From: a virus
Taxonomy: Duplodnaviria > Caudoviricetes
Virus record (IMG/VR): IMGVR_UViG_3300017747_002536
Span: 1 to 44,445 of that record
Direction: 5' to 3' (one strand)
Length of the DNA: 44,445 bases
Shown piece by piece: positions 43,343 through 44,445 of the stretch (the first letter of the stretch is position 1; each line of letters begins with the position of its first letter). Made by a program: the position numbers and the translations under genes. The notes beneath the pieces are model-generated. The model was not told where the DNA came from and did no database searches. It saw nothing but the letters and a program-made list of their open reading frames with translations.

Positions 43343-44445
43343 AGGTAAAGAAGGTGGAGCAGACGTACCGAAGTGCGTCTAGCCTGTGAAAAGTCTCTTT
43401 GTCGGCGATCTTGTCTATTGGTTCGCCCGCGTCGTTAACCTCACGGGCATAACGGTTGATCTCGTCTATGACCGCGTGTGCGCCGAGTCTTGTGAACTTG
43501 AGCCGTCCGTCAGCAATCAGGCGATAGACACGCGAGATGCCGACCTCTACGTCGCGTATGGGCGGTTTCATGATCGGCCAACCTGCAACCGTGAAGTCCT
43601 TGCGCCAGTCGTCTTCACTCGGAGCCCCGCCTGCGATGCCTGCCGTTGGCTGCGTGGCTTTGCGTCTCAGGTTAGCGATATGCTCTTTGACCGTTACGTG
43701 ACCCTTGTGATAGGAAGCAAAGCAAACTAGTTGCCCGTCTGGGCCTCGGGCAACGAATACCCCCGCCATATTCCGATCGCCAAAGTCCTGACCTGCGTAG
43801 ACGTCCCACCCTTCGGGGATTGTCCACGGCTTGTCTCCGGTCTCCTCTATGATGTTCTTGGCATCATCGAAGCAATCGTATATCTGGCCTGCCGGACGGG
43901 TGAATAACCCCTCGTAGAGCATGGCGAACCGCCACGCCGGGAGACCTCTTAAGCCTGACCAGTACTCATCATCCCTCGGTGGATTGACCGGGTTATGCCA
44001 TGAGGCGAAGTTGACGGCTTTGACCTTCACCCCGTCTGCCTTGGCAACGAGGGTCTGGTACCAGTTGAACTCGTAGGGCCTCGACGCAAGTGCCATGCGC
44101 CCACGGTTGACCATGAGCCTGGATTCAAGTGTTCTGAAACTCTGTTCGGGGACTAGCCTTTGCCCTGGTTCGTCCCATATGACCGCCTTCATGGTAGCGG
44201 ACTCGAGACTGTCGGGGTTCTCAGCGTATCCCAGTTGAATGACCGTTGGCGTGTCTTGGATGCGCCCAAAGAGTGCGATCTCGCCCGCCTCGGTGAAGAC
44301 GAACTGCATATCGCCGGCGCGGAAGTCTGCGAAGGGACCGAATGTCTTCTTCAGCTCAGGCAGGAACTTACGGGCAAGTAGCTTGTAGGTCGAACTGAAC
44401 GCGCCGTAATCACCAGGGCCGCACCGCTGTATCTCTCTCAGTAGC
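43290..44445 (-). CDS. terL: terminase large subunit, C-terminal part
   Basis: Walker B VIWDE, coupling motif ASRP, nuclease GQDFG and HRLDALRY. Confidence 0.9.
   Translation of the reverse strand, partial: LLREIQRCGPGDYGAFSSTYKLLARKFLPELKKTFGPFADFRAGDMQFVFTEAGEIALFGRIQDTPTVIQLGYAENPDSLESATMKAVIWDEPGQRLVPEQSFRTLESRLMVNRGRMALASRPYEFNWYQTLVAKADGVKVKAVNFASWHNPVNPPRDDEYWSGLRGLPAWRFAMLYEGLFTRPAGQIYDCFDDAKNIIEETGDKPWTIPEGWDVYAGQDFGDRNMAGVFVARGPDGQLVCFASYHKGHVTVKEHIANLRRKATQPTAGIAGGAPSEDDWRKDFTVAGWPIMKPPIRDVEVGISRVYRLIADGRLKFTRLGAHAVIDEINRYAREVNDAGEPIDKIADKETFHRLDALRYVCSTFFTYAESSRAPIARGKLIHV
44323..44445. repeat. terminal overlap, identical to 1-123
   Basis: Exact 123-bp match. Confidence 0.95.

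Noticed and set aside
44323-44445. 123-bp terminal repeat as a biological direct terminal repeat
   Set aside because: It falls in the middle of terL and the frame is continuous when one copy is removed, which is typical of assembler overlap on a circular or permuted genome
1-44445. CRISPR array, tRNA genes, diversity-generating retroelement, introns/inteins, stop-codon recoding
   Set aside because: No regularly spaced repeats, cloverleaf, reverse-transcriptase or splicing motifs seen; genes are intact and densely packed under the standard code

Overview
This window is a complete, circularly assembled tailed-phage genome of about 44.3 kb. The first 123 bp recur exactly at 44323-44445, and the terminase large subunit reads through that junction. 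Virion genes are podovirus-like (P22/T7-type layout): terminase, tandem GroES-like co-chaperonin, portal, scaffold, capsid, adaptor, nozzle, three ejection proteins, small tail proteins and a beta-helix tailspike. Control is lambdoid: divergent Cro-like and CI-like (XRE-HTH + S24) genes with repeated TTGACA-N4-TGTCAA operators. A leftward operon carries replication (primase-polymerase/D5 helicase plus an iteron origin), Q-like, lysis and packaging genes, and a rightward accessory operon carries many small ORFs. Most striking: (1) the repressor is split by one extra copy of an 8-bp tandem repeat (CGGTGCCC x3), and removing one copy restores a full-length CI; (2) an attP-like site and an excisionase-like stub remain, but no integrase is visible; (3) the accessory arm holds expanded paralogous families of unknown proteins, including four copies of one ~125-140 aa family; (4) there are overprinted genes inside the C5 methyltransferase and the portal tail; (5) a leaderless membrane-protein moron, a small OMP-like protein and a candidate sRNA are present. 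All functional calls come from motif recognition by eye. The host cannot be determined, although the OMP-like gene suggests a diderm.
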